Shown piece after piece: positions 37,558 through 47,699 of a stretch of 64,000 nt of DNA. The DNA is taken from the NCBI GenBank assembly GCA_963848305.1, contig CAWKDC010000001.1:1120001-1184000 (forward strand). The letters run 5' to 3'. Each line of letters begins with the position of its first letter. The first letter of the stretch is position 1. This stretch comes from an uncultured Gammaproteobacteria bacterium (GTDB lineage Bacteria; Pseudomonadota; Gammaproteobacteria; JABCZS01). Position numbers and translations under genes: made by a program. The notes beneath the pieces were generated by a model that did no database searches, had not been told where the DNA came from, and was given only the letters and a program-made list of their open reading frames with translations.

Positions 37558-38663
37558 CCTTGGAGTACCACCGCGCTTTCAGGTTGGAAATGAATATAAA
37601 TCTTGTCATCCCAGGTGATGGGCTCAGAAATAAAGCGATCACTGTGGTAGACATTCGCCAACAATTTTTTGCCAGAATCTAGCGTGACATGATAAATAGA
37701 ATGGCTGCCCATGTAAGCGATGTCCCGCACATACCCTTTGGCCACATTGTGTGAAACGCCGGGGTGTTCGAGTGATAAGGTGACTTTTTCGGGGCGTACG
37801 GCGACGTAAACGGTCAAATCTTGGGGCAAGGACAAGGCACGCTCGAGCTCAACGTTACTTTGGAGATCGGGTACGCTGATCAGCGTGGTGCCATCGTCGG
37901 GGGTGGAGATCACTGAGCCTTTAAAGATATTGACCGATCCGAGGAACTGCGCACTGAAGGTACAGTTAGGATATTCATAGACTTCTTTCGGGGTACCAAT
38001 CTGAATGATTTCCCCTTTGTCCATTACCGCGATACGCTCGGACATGGTCATGGCTTCGTCTTGATCATGGGTGACGATCAGGCAAGTCACGCCTAGGTTT
38101 TCTAAAATACTGACGACTTCTAACTGCATGCGGTCGCGTAGGTTTTTATCCAGCGCGCCCATGGGTTCGTCCAACAACAGCAGCTTAGGACGTTTGGCCA
38201 GGCTGCGTGCCAGGGCAACGCGTTGTCGTTGGCCTCCAGAGAGAGTGTTAGGTTTTTCATTGCGGTAGTCTGACATGCGAACGATATCGAGCATTTCATC
38301 TACGCGGGTAATGATCTCTGTTTTATTGAGTTTATCTTGTTGTAACCCGAAGGCGATGTTTTGCCAAACGGTCATGTGGGGGAATAGCGCGTAAGATTGA
38401 AACATCATGTTGACGGAGCGCAAGTGCGCGGGGACTTCGGTCATGTCTTGACCATCAATAAAGATCTGTCCTTTTGTGGGGGTTTCAAGACCAGCAAGCA
38501 ACTGCAGCAGGGTGGATTTGCCACAGCCAGAGCTGCCCATCAAGCTGAAAATTTCGCCTTGACGGATGCTGAGATTCACATTGTCGACAGCTGTCACACG
38601 GTCGTATCGCTTCGTGATGCCTTCAATGCGAATGTAATGATCTTTCTTTGGTTTCTGTTGCAT
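37554..38663 (-). CDS. potG: polyamine ABC transporter ATP-binding PotG/PotA
   Basis: GSSGCGKST, MMFQSYALFPHM, LSGGQRQR, LLLDEP, VTHDQDEAM. Confidence 0.9.
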   Translation of the reverse strand: MQQKPKKDHYIRIEGITKRYDRVTAVDNVNLSIRQGEIFSLMGSSGCGKSTLLQLLAGLETPTKGQIFIDGQDMTEVPAHLRSVNMMFQSYALFPHMTVWQNIAFGLQQDKLNKTEIITRVDEMLDIVRMSDYRNEKPNTLSGGQRQRVALARSLAKRPKLLLLDEPMGALDKNLRDRMQLEVVSILENLGVTCLIVTHDQDEAMTMSERIAVMDKGEIIQIGTPKEVYEYPNCTFSAQFLGSVNIFKGSVISTPDDGTTLISVPDLQSNVELERALSLPQDLTVYVAVRPEKVTLSLEHPGVSHNVAKGYVRDIAYMGSHSIYHVTLDSGKKLLANVYHSDRFISEPITWDDKIYIHFQPESAVVLQG

Positions 38664-38670
38664 GAGTCCC

Positions 38671-39753
38671 CTACCTGCTTGCTTTCATTCTAGCCCAATC
38701 ACGATGCAATTGCTTTTCGAGTGGAAGAGGCAACTCCATGGGAGTGAATAACTGTTTCTGTACGGATGCGGGTGGATAAATGGCGGGATCCGCTGCAACG
38801 CCTGGAGCCAAGAGTTTCGTGGCACTGGGGACGGTGTTAGGGAAGCCCACTTTGTCGGTGATTTTTGCAACTACGTCAGGGCGCATCAAGTAATTGATGA
38901 ACTGAAGTGCTTCATTCGGGTGTTTGGCATTCTTCGGAATGGCCATCACATCATAAGAAAGCACGGATCCTTCTTTGGGATTCATGACCAGAATATTCAC
39001 GCCATTGCCAGATTCTTTTGCGCGGTTACGTGCGTTCACCAGGTCTCCCGACCAGCCAAACGCCACGCAGATATTGCCATTGGCAAGATCATTCAAGTAT
39101 TGAGAATCGTGAAAATAGGTGACGTAAGGGCGCACAGTGCGCATCACGGCGGATGCTTTTTCGTATTGTGCATATTCAGTGCTGTCATGGGGCAGCCCCA
39201 AGTAATTCAGCAAAATAGGGTAGACATAGACGGGTGAGTCAATGAAAGCAACTTTGCACCCTGCCAGCTTTTTCATGTTGTCAGGATTAAAGATAAGAGA
39301 CCAGCTGTCTGGGATTTTGCCATCGAACAAGGGGGCGACCTTATCAACGTTGATGCCAATGCTGAAGGTTCCCCACATGTAAGGCGCGGCATAGAGTTTG
39401 CCATCCTTCTTAAGGGGGGTGACGTATTTGGGATCGACGTTTTTCAGGTTGGGCAATTTGGTTTCATCAAGAGGCTCATAAATGCCGGCCGCGCGCTGGC
39501 GAAAAAAGTAAGGGAAATTGGTAGGGAAAACGAGATCATACCCTGTGTTGCCGGCATAAAGCTTGGCTTCGAGCATGTCGTTGCTGTCGTAGACGTCATA
39601 AACGACTTTGATACCTGTTTCTTTTTCAAATTGTGACAGGGTGTCTGGGGCAAAATAATTAGACCAGTTATAGACGTATAATTCGGAGGCGGCAAAAACA
39701 CTGTGGGCTGTGAGCCATAAACTGACGCAAGATAATAATAGGCGCTTGATCAT
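38671..39753 (-). CDS. potF: putrescine-binding periplasmic protein PotF/PotD
   Basis: Signal peptide; LYVYNWSNY, FEKETGIKVVYDVYDSN, PYMWGT, GWSGD, PKEG. Confidence 0.9.
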   Translation of the reverse strand: MIKRLLLSCVSLWLTAHSVFAASELYVYNWSNYFAPDTLSQFEKETGIKVVYDVYDSNDMLEAKLYAGNTGYDLVFPTNFPYFFRQRAAGIYEPLDETKLPNLKNVDPKYVTPLKKDGKLYAAPYMWGTFSIGINVDKVAPLFDGKIPDSWSLIFNPDNMKKLAGCKVAFIDSPVYVYPILLNYLGLPHDSTEYAQYEKASAVMRTVRPYVTYFHDSQYLNDLANGNICVAFGWSGDLVNARNRAKESGNGVNILVMNPKEGSVLSYDVMAIPKNAKHPNEALQFINYLMRPDVVAKITDKVGFPNTVPSATKLLAPGVAADPAIYPPASVQKQLFTPMELPLPLEKQLHRDWARMKASR

Positions 39754-39874
39754 GTCATCCCTCCTGTTTGGAAGCGTATTATGCCAAAAAAATACTGTGC
39801 AGGGTGATTTATTTCGCATTTTCAGGTACGATAGGTAATTTCTCATCTTAATGTAGCACAAGGGAGTTTACAAG

Positions 39875-40369
39875 ATGGTACAGCTGCCCCGTGTGGGAAT
39901 CGTGATGGGCTCTCAGTCAGACTGGGAAACGATGCAACATGCCCAATCTTTGCTCGAATTGCTTGAAATATCAAACGAGTGCCGTATCGTTTCAGCGCAC
40001 CGCACGCCCGATTTAATGTTTGAATATGCCGCCACTGCGGCCGATCGCGGTATCCAAGTGATCATCGCCGGCGCAGGCGGCGCCGCACATTTGCCGGGCA
40101 TGATTGCTGCTAAAACCCATTTGCCTGTTTTGGGTGTGCCAGTGCAGTCGGCCGCCCTGAATGGATTGGATTCGCTGCTGTCCATCGTGCAAATGCCTGG
40201 CGGTATTCCGGTGGGGACGTTGGCGATTGGCCAGGCAGGTGCGAAGAATGCCGCGATGTTGGCAGCCAGTATTTTAGCGCTGAATGATGAAGGATTGCGC
40301 ACCCGGTTGGTCGCCTTTCGCCAATCACAAACAGACGCTGTGTTGTCTCAAACACTGAAAGGCCAGTGA
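39875..40369 (+). CDS. purE: N5-CAIR mutase
   Basis: [36 protein letters not shown]. Confidence 0.98.
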   Translation: MVQLPRVGIVMGSQSDWETMQHAQSLLELLEISNECRIVSAHRTPDLMFEYAATAADRGIQVIIAGAGGAAHLPGMIAAKTHLPVLGVPVQSAALNGLDSLLSIVQMPGGIPVGTLAIGQAGAKNAAMLAASILALNDEGLRTRLVAFRQSQTDAVLSQTLKGQ

Positions 40370-41403
40370 TGAAAGTCGGGATTGTAGGCGCAGGCCAGTT
40401 GGCCCAAATGATGGCACAGGCGGCGAAAACGCTGAACATCGAGACAGTCTGTCTCGCCCTCTTACCCGATGAATGTGCGGGTCGTGAATCTGTCCTAGAG
40501 GTTGTTCCGTCTTTGGAACCGCATTACGCAAAGCATTTTGTCGATTGTGTTGATATCATCACCATTGAAACAGAAAATATTCCCCTCGACTTTGCAGCAT
40601 ATCTAAGGGATCAAAAACCATTGCGCCCTGCCCCCAATGCATTGGCGATTGCACAAGACAGGTTATTTGAAAAACAATTATTTGAACAAGTTGGTTTGCC
40701 GCCTGCGCCTTATGCCGTCATCAATAGTGAGTCAGACATTCCTGCAGTCATTCAAAAAATTGGTTTTCCTGGTATTTTGAAAACGCGCCGCATGGGTTAT
40801 GACGGCAAAGGACAGGTGCGCTGTCGCACAGAAGCAGATTTGATTGCGGGGGTGAAAGCGCTCTCCCCTGCTTTGTTAATTTACGAAGGCTTTGTTGATT
40901 TTGATCGCGAAGTATCATTGATTGGCGTGCGCAGTGTGTCGGGCGAAGAGGCATTTTATCCCTTGTGTGAAAACATTCACCGAGACGGTATTTTGCGCAC
41001 AACGAAAGCGCCCTACATTGATGAAACCCTCATGTTATCCGCTCAGCAATATATGCGTCGTATTTTTGATCAGCTGGATTATATCGGTGTATTCACCATT
41101 GAATTTTTTGTGAAAGGTTCACAATTGATCGGCAATGAAATGGCGCCGCGCGTTCATAACAGTGGACATTGGACCATTGAAGGGGCAAAGACATCTCAGT
41201 TTGAAAATCATTTGCGTGCGATCACGGGGATGCCACTCGGTTCATGCGATGCGATTGGATTTTCTGAGATGACGAATTGCATCGGTGAATTACCCGATCC
41301 TGCCCAGATTGCTAAAACACCGAATGCGCATCTTCATGTGTATGGCAAAGCCATTAAACCGTTACGGAAGGTGGGGCATATCACTGTTGTGCGCGATCTG
41401 TAG
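40369..41403 (+). CDS. purK: N5-CAIR synthetase
   Basis: GAGQLAQM, GYDGKGQ, NEMAPRVHNSGHWT, RKVGH. Confidence 0.97.
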   Translation: MKVGIVGAGQLAQMMAQAAKTLNIETVCLALLPDECAGRESVLEVVPSLEPHYAKHFVDCVDIITIETENIPLDFAAYLRDQKPLRPAPNALAIAQDRLFEKQLFEQVGLPPAPYAVINSESDIPAVIQKIGFPGILKTRRMGYDGKGQVRCRTEADLIAGVKALSPALLIYEGFVDFDREVSLIGVRSVSGEEAFYPLCENIHRDGILRTTKAPYIDETLMLSAQQYMRRIFDQLDYIGVFTIEFFVKGSQLIGNEMAPRVHNSGHWTIEGAKTSQFENHLRAITGMPLGSCDAIGFSEMTNCIGELPDPAQIAKTPNAHLHVYGKAIKPLRKVGHITVVRDL

Positions 41404-41412
41404 AGACGCCCC

Positions 41413-41762
41413 CTATAATATGCACTCAAAAGTGACATAAACGTATTCTGCAGATCGAGTGGATTGCTTTGCATGCACCTGTTGATTGTCACGCGAGTCT
41501 TTTCGGGTCTGGGCTTCATAGGTTGTCTCTTCATTTTTTTCCTTGATTTCCCGATCGAGGATTTTATACTTCCCATTGCAAGCGTTATACATTTGTTTGT
41601 AGGCATCTTCTTGGCTTTCAGTTGAAAAGGCGTGATAAACAATCTGACCGATCCGCTTCCCCTCACTGGACCATAGGCTGAATTGGGGGACTCGATCATG
41701 ACGGCATTCATGGCACATCCCGACAATAACAATAACGTGACAATGGATGATAATTGTTTCAT
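41413..41762 (-). CDS. hypothetical lipoprotein (frameshift at G-run near 41660)
   Basis: Lipobox LLSGC in ORF 41334-41762; continuation DAYKQMYNACNGKYKI...YVTFEC in ORF 41413-41718. Confidence 0.65.
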
Positions 41763-41918
41763 TTTAAACTCCTATTTGATGATAAAAACTTTTGCAGTAT
41801 GCCAGGGTAAACCAAATTTTTAACGGATGTCAATCACAGCACTTTTGAGATTTTTGCTTTTGATGCAGGGGACGCTCAAATTTTCTCATTAACCTGGATC
41901 ATTCAATGAAACGAGATA

Positions 41919-42772
41919 TCAAGAATGCTCCAATGCCACGGCCCTTTCAAGCGCGCGATCTTCCCATCGTAACATGTCTTCTTCTGGAATGGGATGATGT
42001 TGCAACGTGAATTGCTGGCGGATCCAGATGGCTTGAATCAATTGAGTCAATGATTTGTAATCTTGAACGCGTTCACGTAAATCTTGATTGGCAGCGTACT
42101 GATCTAAAAAAATATTTTCTTGTGTTTTGGATAAATTACAATAGGTAATGGCATAAGCAAGATCCCAGGCAGGGTCGCATTGGCCGGCAAATTCAAAATC
42201 AATCAACCATACCTTGTCGGTAGCGCATAAAAAATTGTGTGGATTTGGATCCATATGGCAAGGTTTGCTGACCACGTTAGGCCATTTTTGTGCGATTTTT
42301 TGTGCATAAGCTTCTAATAATGTGTAGCGAGGATCAAGTGTGAAATGCTGTCTAATATAGGCTAAATCGCGCGATAAAAAATCAAATAAAGGGAGTGATT
42401 CAAACACACAAGGACTCTCGTGCAATTGTTTGATGATCGCGGCCATGCCATGCAATTGTGCGTTGCTGATGCGGGTGGGGTCATCGCTGATCACGTGGCC
42501 CGGTAAGTATTCGCGAATGGCAACCCCTGTTTCGGGATCATCATAAACCGTTTGGGGCGTGATCCCAAAAGTTTTAATCGCTTCTACATGCACGGATTCT
42601 TGATAACGGTTCAGCCAAGGAACATTGGCGCGTGTGGGAATGCGCACGACATAGGCCTCATGTTCTCTTTTCAACAAATAAGTATGGTTAGACCAGCCAT
42701 CTAGGCGTGTGATCTCGAACGGCGGGCGGCTAATATGGGAAGGGTGTTGATCAGCTTATCAATCGTTATCAT
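41919..42772 (-). CDS. choline/ethanolamine kinase (APH-like) family protein (probable frameshift near 42725)
   Basis: GWSNHTY, VVRIP, CHMDPNPHNFL, LIDFEFAG..DPAWDLA; ATG at 42772 overlaps the znuB stop (ATGA). Confidence 0.8.
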
Positions 42773-43566
42773 GCGCGTACGATAACACTTTTTACTGTGT
42801 AAGCCAAGACAAACAATAGTACGCTGACTAAAACAATCATAGGGCCAGCGGGCAGGTCGAACCACAAGGACGATAATAACCCCCCTCCTACGGCTAAGCT
42901 GCCGCTGATCGCTGCTCCGAGCACCATGTCCTCGGGATTGCGGGCAAATGGACGGCTGCTGGCGGGAGGGATGACCAGCATGGCAGTGATCAGTAGAACC
43001 CCGAATATTTTAATGGATAAAGCAATGACACAGGCCAAGAGCAGCGTGAAAATCGTGTATTCTCGTGCGACGTGGATGCCATCGACGGCGGCCAAATCAG
43101 CATGTACTGTGCTCATCAGCAGCGCGCGCCAGCGCCATGCGATGATGGAGAGCACAATGGTGCCCATGATATAAATGCGCGCGATGTCCGTCATATTCGC
43201 ACCTAAAATATCACCGAATAAATAAGCGTATAAATCCGTTCTGAATGAAGGCAATAAAGATACGACGACGATACCGAGTGCCAATGATCCGTGCGCTAAA
43301 ATACCCAATAAAGTATCACTTGGTAATCGTGTGCGATTTTCCATGAATAATAAAAAGAGACTCACGAGCATGGCGCTCAATAAAATGCCATAAAATGGGG
43401 TGCTGAATGAAAAAGCTGCGCTGAGTGCAACGCCCAATAAGGCGGCGTGTGATAATGTATCACCGAAATAAGACAGCCTGCGCCAGACCACGAGCGAACC
43501 CAAGGGCGCGTACAACAGCGCAATGCCGATGCCTGCGATCAGTGCTTTGATTAAAAATGTGTACAT
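42769..43566 (-). CDS. znuB: zinc ABC transporter permease
   Basis: GSLVVWRRLSYFGDTLSHAALLG, YLFGDIL, GVLLITAMLVIP, PAGPMIV. Confidence 0.93.
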   Translation of the reverse strand: MYTFLIKALIAGIGIALLYAPLGSLVVWRRLSYFGDTLSHAALLGVALSAAFSFSTPFYGILLSAMLVSLFLLFMENRTRLPSDTLLGILAHGSLALGIVVVSLLPSFRTDLYAYLFGDILGANMTDIARIYIMGTIVLSIIAWRWRALLMSTVHADLAAVDGIHVAREYTIFTLLLACVIALSIKIFGVLLITAMLVIPPASSRPFARNPEDMVLGAAISGSLAVGGGLLSSLWFDLPAGPMIVLVSVLLFVLAYTVKSVIVRA

Positions 43567-43643
43567 GTTATCTTAACTCCACAAAGAGTGACGTGCTTCG
43601 CCCCCTATAAGCGCTGCGCGATTTCATCAGCTGTTTGAATACA

Positions 43644-44327
43644 CTATTGATGTTCATGATCATGCTTGTGTGCGTAAATGGCGGCGCTTTCGCCAAATAA
43701 ATGGATAAAAGCCGGATCCAATTTCACCACTTCTGGTGTACCCGAACAACAAATATGGTGGTTAAGACAAACCACCTGATCGGTTTTCGCCATCACCACA
43801 TGCAAATCATGTGACACCATTAAAACGCTGCAATGAAGCCGATCGCGCGCGGCTAAAATCAAACGATAAAATTCAGTTTGGCCATTGACGTCAACGCCTT
43901 GTAAAGGTTCATCTAATATCAAACAGTCGGGTTTGTTCATCAATGCGCGCGCCAGCAAGACACGTTGCAATTCACCGCCGGATAGCACGTGCATGGATTT
44001 ATCGATTAAATGTGTCGCGCGCACATCTTCTAGCACGGTATGATCAAATGCCGGTCCCAGTGTTAAAAATCGTCCAACAGTGAGTGGCAGCGTGGGATCG
44101 ATGTGAAGTTTTTGGGGCATGAAACCAATGCGTAACCCGGGCTTTTTCTCGATGCGCCCTGTCGTGAGGGGTATCAATCCCAGCATCGCGCGCAATAAGG
44201 TTGTTTTGCCGCAACCGTTAGGTCCTATCAGGGTGATGATTTGGCCCGCATCCATTTGGAGCGAGATATCGCGCAAAATCCAACGACCGTCGCGTTGAAC
44301 CCCGAGGCTGTCGAGTCGCAGTTGCAT
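43644..44327 (-). CDS. znuC: zinc ABC transporter ATPase
   Basis: GPNGCGKTT, PQKLHIDPTLPLTV, LSGGELQRVLLARAL, CLNHHICCSGTP, His tail. Confidence 0.94.
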   Translation of the reverse strand: MQLRLDSLGVQRDGRWILRDISLQMDAGQIITLIGPNGCGKTTLLRAMLGLIPLTTGRIEKKPGLRIGFMPQKLHIDPTLPLTVGRFLTLGPAFDHTVLEDVRATHLIDKSMHVLSGGELQRVLLARALMNKPDCLILDEPLQGVDVNGQTEFYRLILAARDRLHCSVLMVSHDLHVVMAKTDQVVCLNHHICCSGTPEVVKLDPAFIHLFGESAAIYAHKHDHEHQ

Positions 44328-44366
44328 AAGGGTATTCCTGGCTAAAGGGGTCACCTTAGCATGATT

Positions 44367-44470
44367 CTACACGGCGCTCAAGGGCACCGCCCATAGATCG
44401 TCTGCAACAGGCAGTATGGTATCGCCATCATCAGGCGATGTTTATGGGGCTGATGCGCAGTGTTGACTTC
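44367..44470 (-). pseudogene. extreme C-terminal remnant of an AAA+/DUF4143 ATPase
   Basis: Minus strand reads DGDTILPVADDLWAVPLSAV*, resembling the typical DUF4143 tail (Y.G...LP....WAVP.S.L); not in ORF track. Confidence 0.5.
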
Positions 44471-44512
44471 TAGCCCGGGGATGAGGTTATTCTCGCTGGA
44501 AGTAGATCTTGG

Positions 44513-44935
44513 TCACTCGCAGGTGGTGGGAATGTTCGGGTTGATGACAACTTCAAAGATATTGGGGTTTGCTTGTCCCTCTCCAGTATGTTGAAACGTC
44601 TGAGATGCATAGTCTTGATAAAAGATATTGCCATTGATATCCCTATAGCCCATTTTGAATGCAACAACATAGGTTCCAGGGGCATTTGACATTTTAAAAT
44701 CCAGCTGATAATTTGAGTTTAAGCACATTTCCTCTTCCATCACGGTTGTGCCATTCCACGTATAAGATAGCAGCATCATGTACCCCTCAGTCATAGGATC
44801 AGGTAGGCTATCGACAAAATGGGTGCAGTGGGCATAATCCTGCGGGTTATACCTCGTGCAGTCAAGGGGGGGATCTGCAGCAACGGCAGCGAATGAAATC
44901 ATTAAAAGGGCGGATGATAACCATATGTTTTTCAT
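44513..44935 (-). CDS. hypothetical secreted protein
   Basis: MKNIWLSSALLMISFAAVAA signal peptide; 4 Cys. Confidence 0.65.
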   Translation of the reverse strand: MKNIWLSSALLMISFAAVAADPPLDCTRYNPQDYAHCTHFVDSLPDPMTEGYMMLLSYTWNGTTVMEEEMCLNSNYQLDFKMSNAPGTYVVAFKMGYRDINGNIFYQDYASQTFQHTGEGQANPNIFEVVINPNIPTTCE

Positions 44936-45083
44936 GAGAATTCCCACAGTTAATGTGCTGCTAGGCTGCATATTACTACAGTTTGCTAAATGTCGTCAAG
45001 GACGCCATTACTGGGTAGTATTTTACCGAGTTATCGATTATACTGGCCTGTCGATTCTGGTTGAAAAGAGGGGGGGGGGCGCG

Positions 45084-45179
45084 ATGTCTGCGTTTGAGCA
45101 GTTCAACACTGTGGACAATCAACAGGCGCTCATAGAAGGGTTAACAAAAGCAGTACAAGAGCATGTTCGGCAAAAATAA
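45084..45179 (+). CDS. possible 31-aa small ORF overlapping the DUF2946-like gene start
   Basis: MSAFEQFNTVDNQQALIEGLTKAVQEHVRQK preceded by a G10 tract (45070-45079). Confidence 0.3.
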   Translation: MSAFEQFNTVDNQQALIEGLTKAVQEHVRQK

Positions 45180-45468
45180 GCAATTCATACCTCACTATTT
45201 TGTATCCTTCATGATGATCCTCGTTATGCTGAGTGCTGTTTTGCTTTCAGGCTTTCATCAACATGATGTCGGCGATCATAGTGTTGTTGAACAGGGTTGC
45301 GATATCTGTGTGTTTGTTAAGCAAACAGGTGCTGGGGTGTTGCCAGCGCTGCTCGCCGTGATAGTTGCCCTCACCTACCGTTTTGTCGCACGCTTTCATA
45401 CTTTTTATATTTTTATTCCAGCCACCGTTTATACGGCATCTTCCCCGCGCGCCCCGCCTGTTGTTTAA
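45163..45468 (+). CDS. DUF2946/CruR-like leader protein with RAPP arrest motif
   Basis: N-term hydrophobic segment, HQHDVGDH...CDIC, second hydrophobic stretch, ends SSPRAPPVV*. Confidence 0.8.
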   Translation: MFGKNKQFIPHYFVSFMMILVMLSAVLLSGFHQHDVGDHSVVEQGCDICVFVKQTGAGVLPALLAVIVALTYRFVARFHTFYIFIPATVYTASSPRAPPVV

Positions 45469-45498
45469 CGTTGATCAATGCTATTCATATCACGTTAA
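45465..45498 (+). promoter_or_regulatory. putative mRNA hairpin spanning the uORF stop and abutting the next RBS
   Basis: TTAACG(T)TGAT (45465-45475) pairs with ATCACGTTAA (45489-45498); AAGGG at 45501, ATG at 45515. Confidence 0.5.
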
Positions 45499-45514
45499 GT
45501 AAGGGCTTTTTTAT

Positions 45515-46832
45515 ATGCACTCTCACTCTCATACTCATGGGGCCGCGTGCGCCTCGGGACATTCCCACGCATGCAATCACACATTCCAGGGCAAAAATCT
45601 TTTTTTAAAAGGATTGAGCTGGTTTTCGAATACTTGGGTCATTCGCAAAGGACGAGATTTGTACAGCGAACATTGGGTTCCTTTTTTATTTTGGCTCGGC
45701 GATAAAATATTTGATGGTCGTCTCAATGCAGGTACCGCAGCAAGGAACAGCCGCGCAGTTCGCTTGGTGGCGAATGCTGTGCAACTCGCGATATTATGTA
45801 TCGTGATTGAGGAAATAGGCTTCAAACATTTTGTCAATTGTGGCGCAGAAATATCGCTGGATGATACCGAGGGTCGTACGACATCAGCCATGATGGGTTT
45901 GAATATGCTGGCCGTGTTAGTGGGCAGTGCTGCGAACCACCATAAAATTCAGCAATCTTATGATATGCAGGTGCTGCAACAAGAGCGATTCAATGCACGG
46001 GAAAATACGCACGATGAAGTGCCACACGGGTTGAATGCCCCTGCTGCCATATTATGGATGCAGTTCTGGCGTTATTTACATGATGCGAATGGATTGATCG
46101 GCACGTTGCTGAGTTTCATCATATTCATGGATTATGTGGATTGGATTGAGACGCCGCCGCATCAAACCGGTGTGATATTTTTAGCGAGTCGCGCGATGGC
46201 GCTCGTCTCTGTTTTGTTCGCGCCGATCAGCACCTGGTACCGTTTGCATGTGTATAAAAATGAATTGGCAAAGGGTGCGAGATCGTACATGAATGATCCA
46301 GGTATTAATGCTGCAGTGAATCAAGTGCTGTGCAAAGTGAAAGACAGCCGCGAAAAAACATTATTGGCTTACAATGTTTATTGTGCTTATGAGCGTGTGA
46401 AAACAACCAATCAAAAAATATCCGAGATGCAAGCATTACTGGCACAGTATCTCACGGATGACCAAGTCGATATTAACAAGATCAAACATTTTGCTGGTCA
46501 GAATGATTTTGGATCAAATGGATGCATTTCATTTTATTGAGCTGAAGTTCGAGGCGGTTTTGAGGGAAAGACCTACGAAGACCGAGGCCATCATCATTGA
46601 TGAAAAACCCATTAAAGAGGGCGTCAACGAAGCCTTATTAACACAAGCCATGCATAGTGCGGATCGAACTGATTTTGATACATTGAAGGGCACAGTATTG
46701 GTGAAGGATCCCGTCACTTTTCAGTGGGGATTTAACCCCGACAGCCTGAAGGCACGTCCACATGAAACACACCTTCATGGACAAGTGCCCGCTTTAACAA
46801 GGATTTTGGAAATCACTGGACAAAAAAAATGA
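45515..46832 (+). CDS. uncharacterised His-rich about 4-TM membrane protein (ORFs 45515-46540 and 46458-46832 probably joined by a frameshift)
   Basis: N-term MHSHSHTHGAACASGHSHACNH; four hydrophobic segments with flanking His/Glu; overlapping downstream ORF. Confidence 0.7.
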
Positions 46833-46877
46833 TTTAGGGAATAATACCGTCATAAAGCTATAACAAGAGGGGCAACC

Positions 46878-47696
46878 ATGTCATTGACGCATCTAGGTAA
46901 ACAATCCGTCTATTTTCAAACTTATACCCCCAGCCTGCTGGAACCTATTCCACGGGCAATCAGCCGTGCATCACTGGGTATTCATCCCACCAGCCCCCTG
47001 CCCTTTCACGGGGCGGATATTTGGAATGCCTATGAAATTTCCTGGTTGGATGATAAAGGCAAGCCGGTCGTGGCCGTTGGCGAATGTCGCGTGGATTGCG
47101 GCAGTCCGAATTTGATTGAATCGAAATCATTCAAATTGTATTTAACGAGTTTTTCACAATCGCGCTTCAAGCATATTGAAATGGTGCGCGATACCATTTC
47201 CCGTGATTTAACCGCGGCTGCAGGTATGCCCGTTCACATGATCTTATCGCCTTTGGCAGATGCGCAAGGCAGCTTGTATACAAGTTTGCCCGGTGTGTCG
47301 TTGGACAACCTGGATATTGCCTGTGAACCCACTGACGATGCGTCTCTACTGCATACCCATAACGGGGCTATGGTGAAAGAAACGTTGACGTCTGATTTGT
47401 TGAAATCGAATTGTCCTGTGACGGGTCAGCCGGATTGGGGCAGCGTGCAAATACAATATACTGGTCAGAAAATAGATCATGCCGCGTTGTTGCGTTACAT
47501 CATTCATTTTCACCATGAACAAGAATTTCATGAGCATTGTGTTGAAAAAATGTTTGTCGATATTCTCGCGCGCTGCCAACCGACGTCACTCACGGTATAT
47601 GCGCGCTATACTCGTCGAGGGGGTTTAGATATTAATCCGTACCGCAGTACAGAGAAGGCGGTTTTTCTCGATAATATTCGTTTGGTGAGGCAATGA
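46878..47696 (+). CDS. queF: NADPH-dependent 7-cyano-7-deazaguanine reductase (long form)
   Basis: DIWNAYEISWL, NLIESKSFKLYL, LKSNCPVTGQPDW, EFHEHCVE, YTRRGGLDINP. Confidence 0.97.
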   Translation: MSLTHLGKQSVYFQTYTPSLLEPIPRAISRASLGIHPTSPLPFHGADIWNAYEISWLDDKGKPVVAVGECRVDCGSPNLIESKSFKLYLTSFSQSRFKHIEMVRDTISRDLTAAAGMPVHMILSPLADAQGSLYTSLPGVSLDNLDIACEPTDDASLLHTHNGAMVKETLTSDLLKSNCPVTGQPDWGSVQIQYTGQKIDHAALLRYIIHFHHEQEFHEHCVEKMFVDILARCQPTSLTVYARYTRRGGLDINPYRSTEKAVFLDNIRLVRQ

Positions 47697-47699
47697 TTC

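Noticed and set aside
44390-44450. Three-way-junction RNA or hammerhead ribozyme (CUGAUGA on the minus strand) upstream of znuC
   Set aside because: There is no GAAA core after stem II, and the region is better explained as a DUF4143 C-terminal coding remnant.
44975-45060. Zur box upstream of the znu-associated genes
   Set aside because: The best candidates (GTTATCGATTATAC near 45030; GTCATAAAGCTATAAC near 46850) do not fit the TGTTAT-N3-ATAACA spacing or symmetry.
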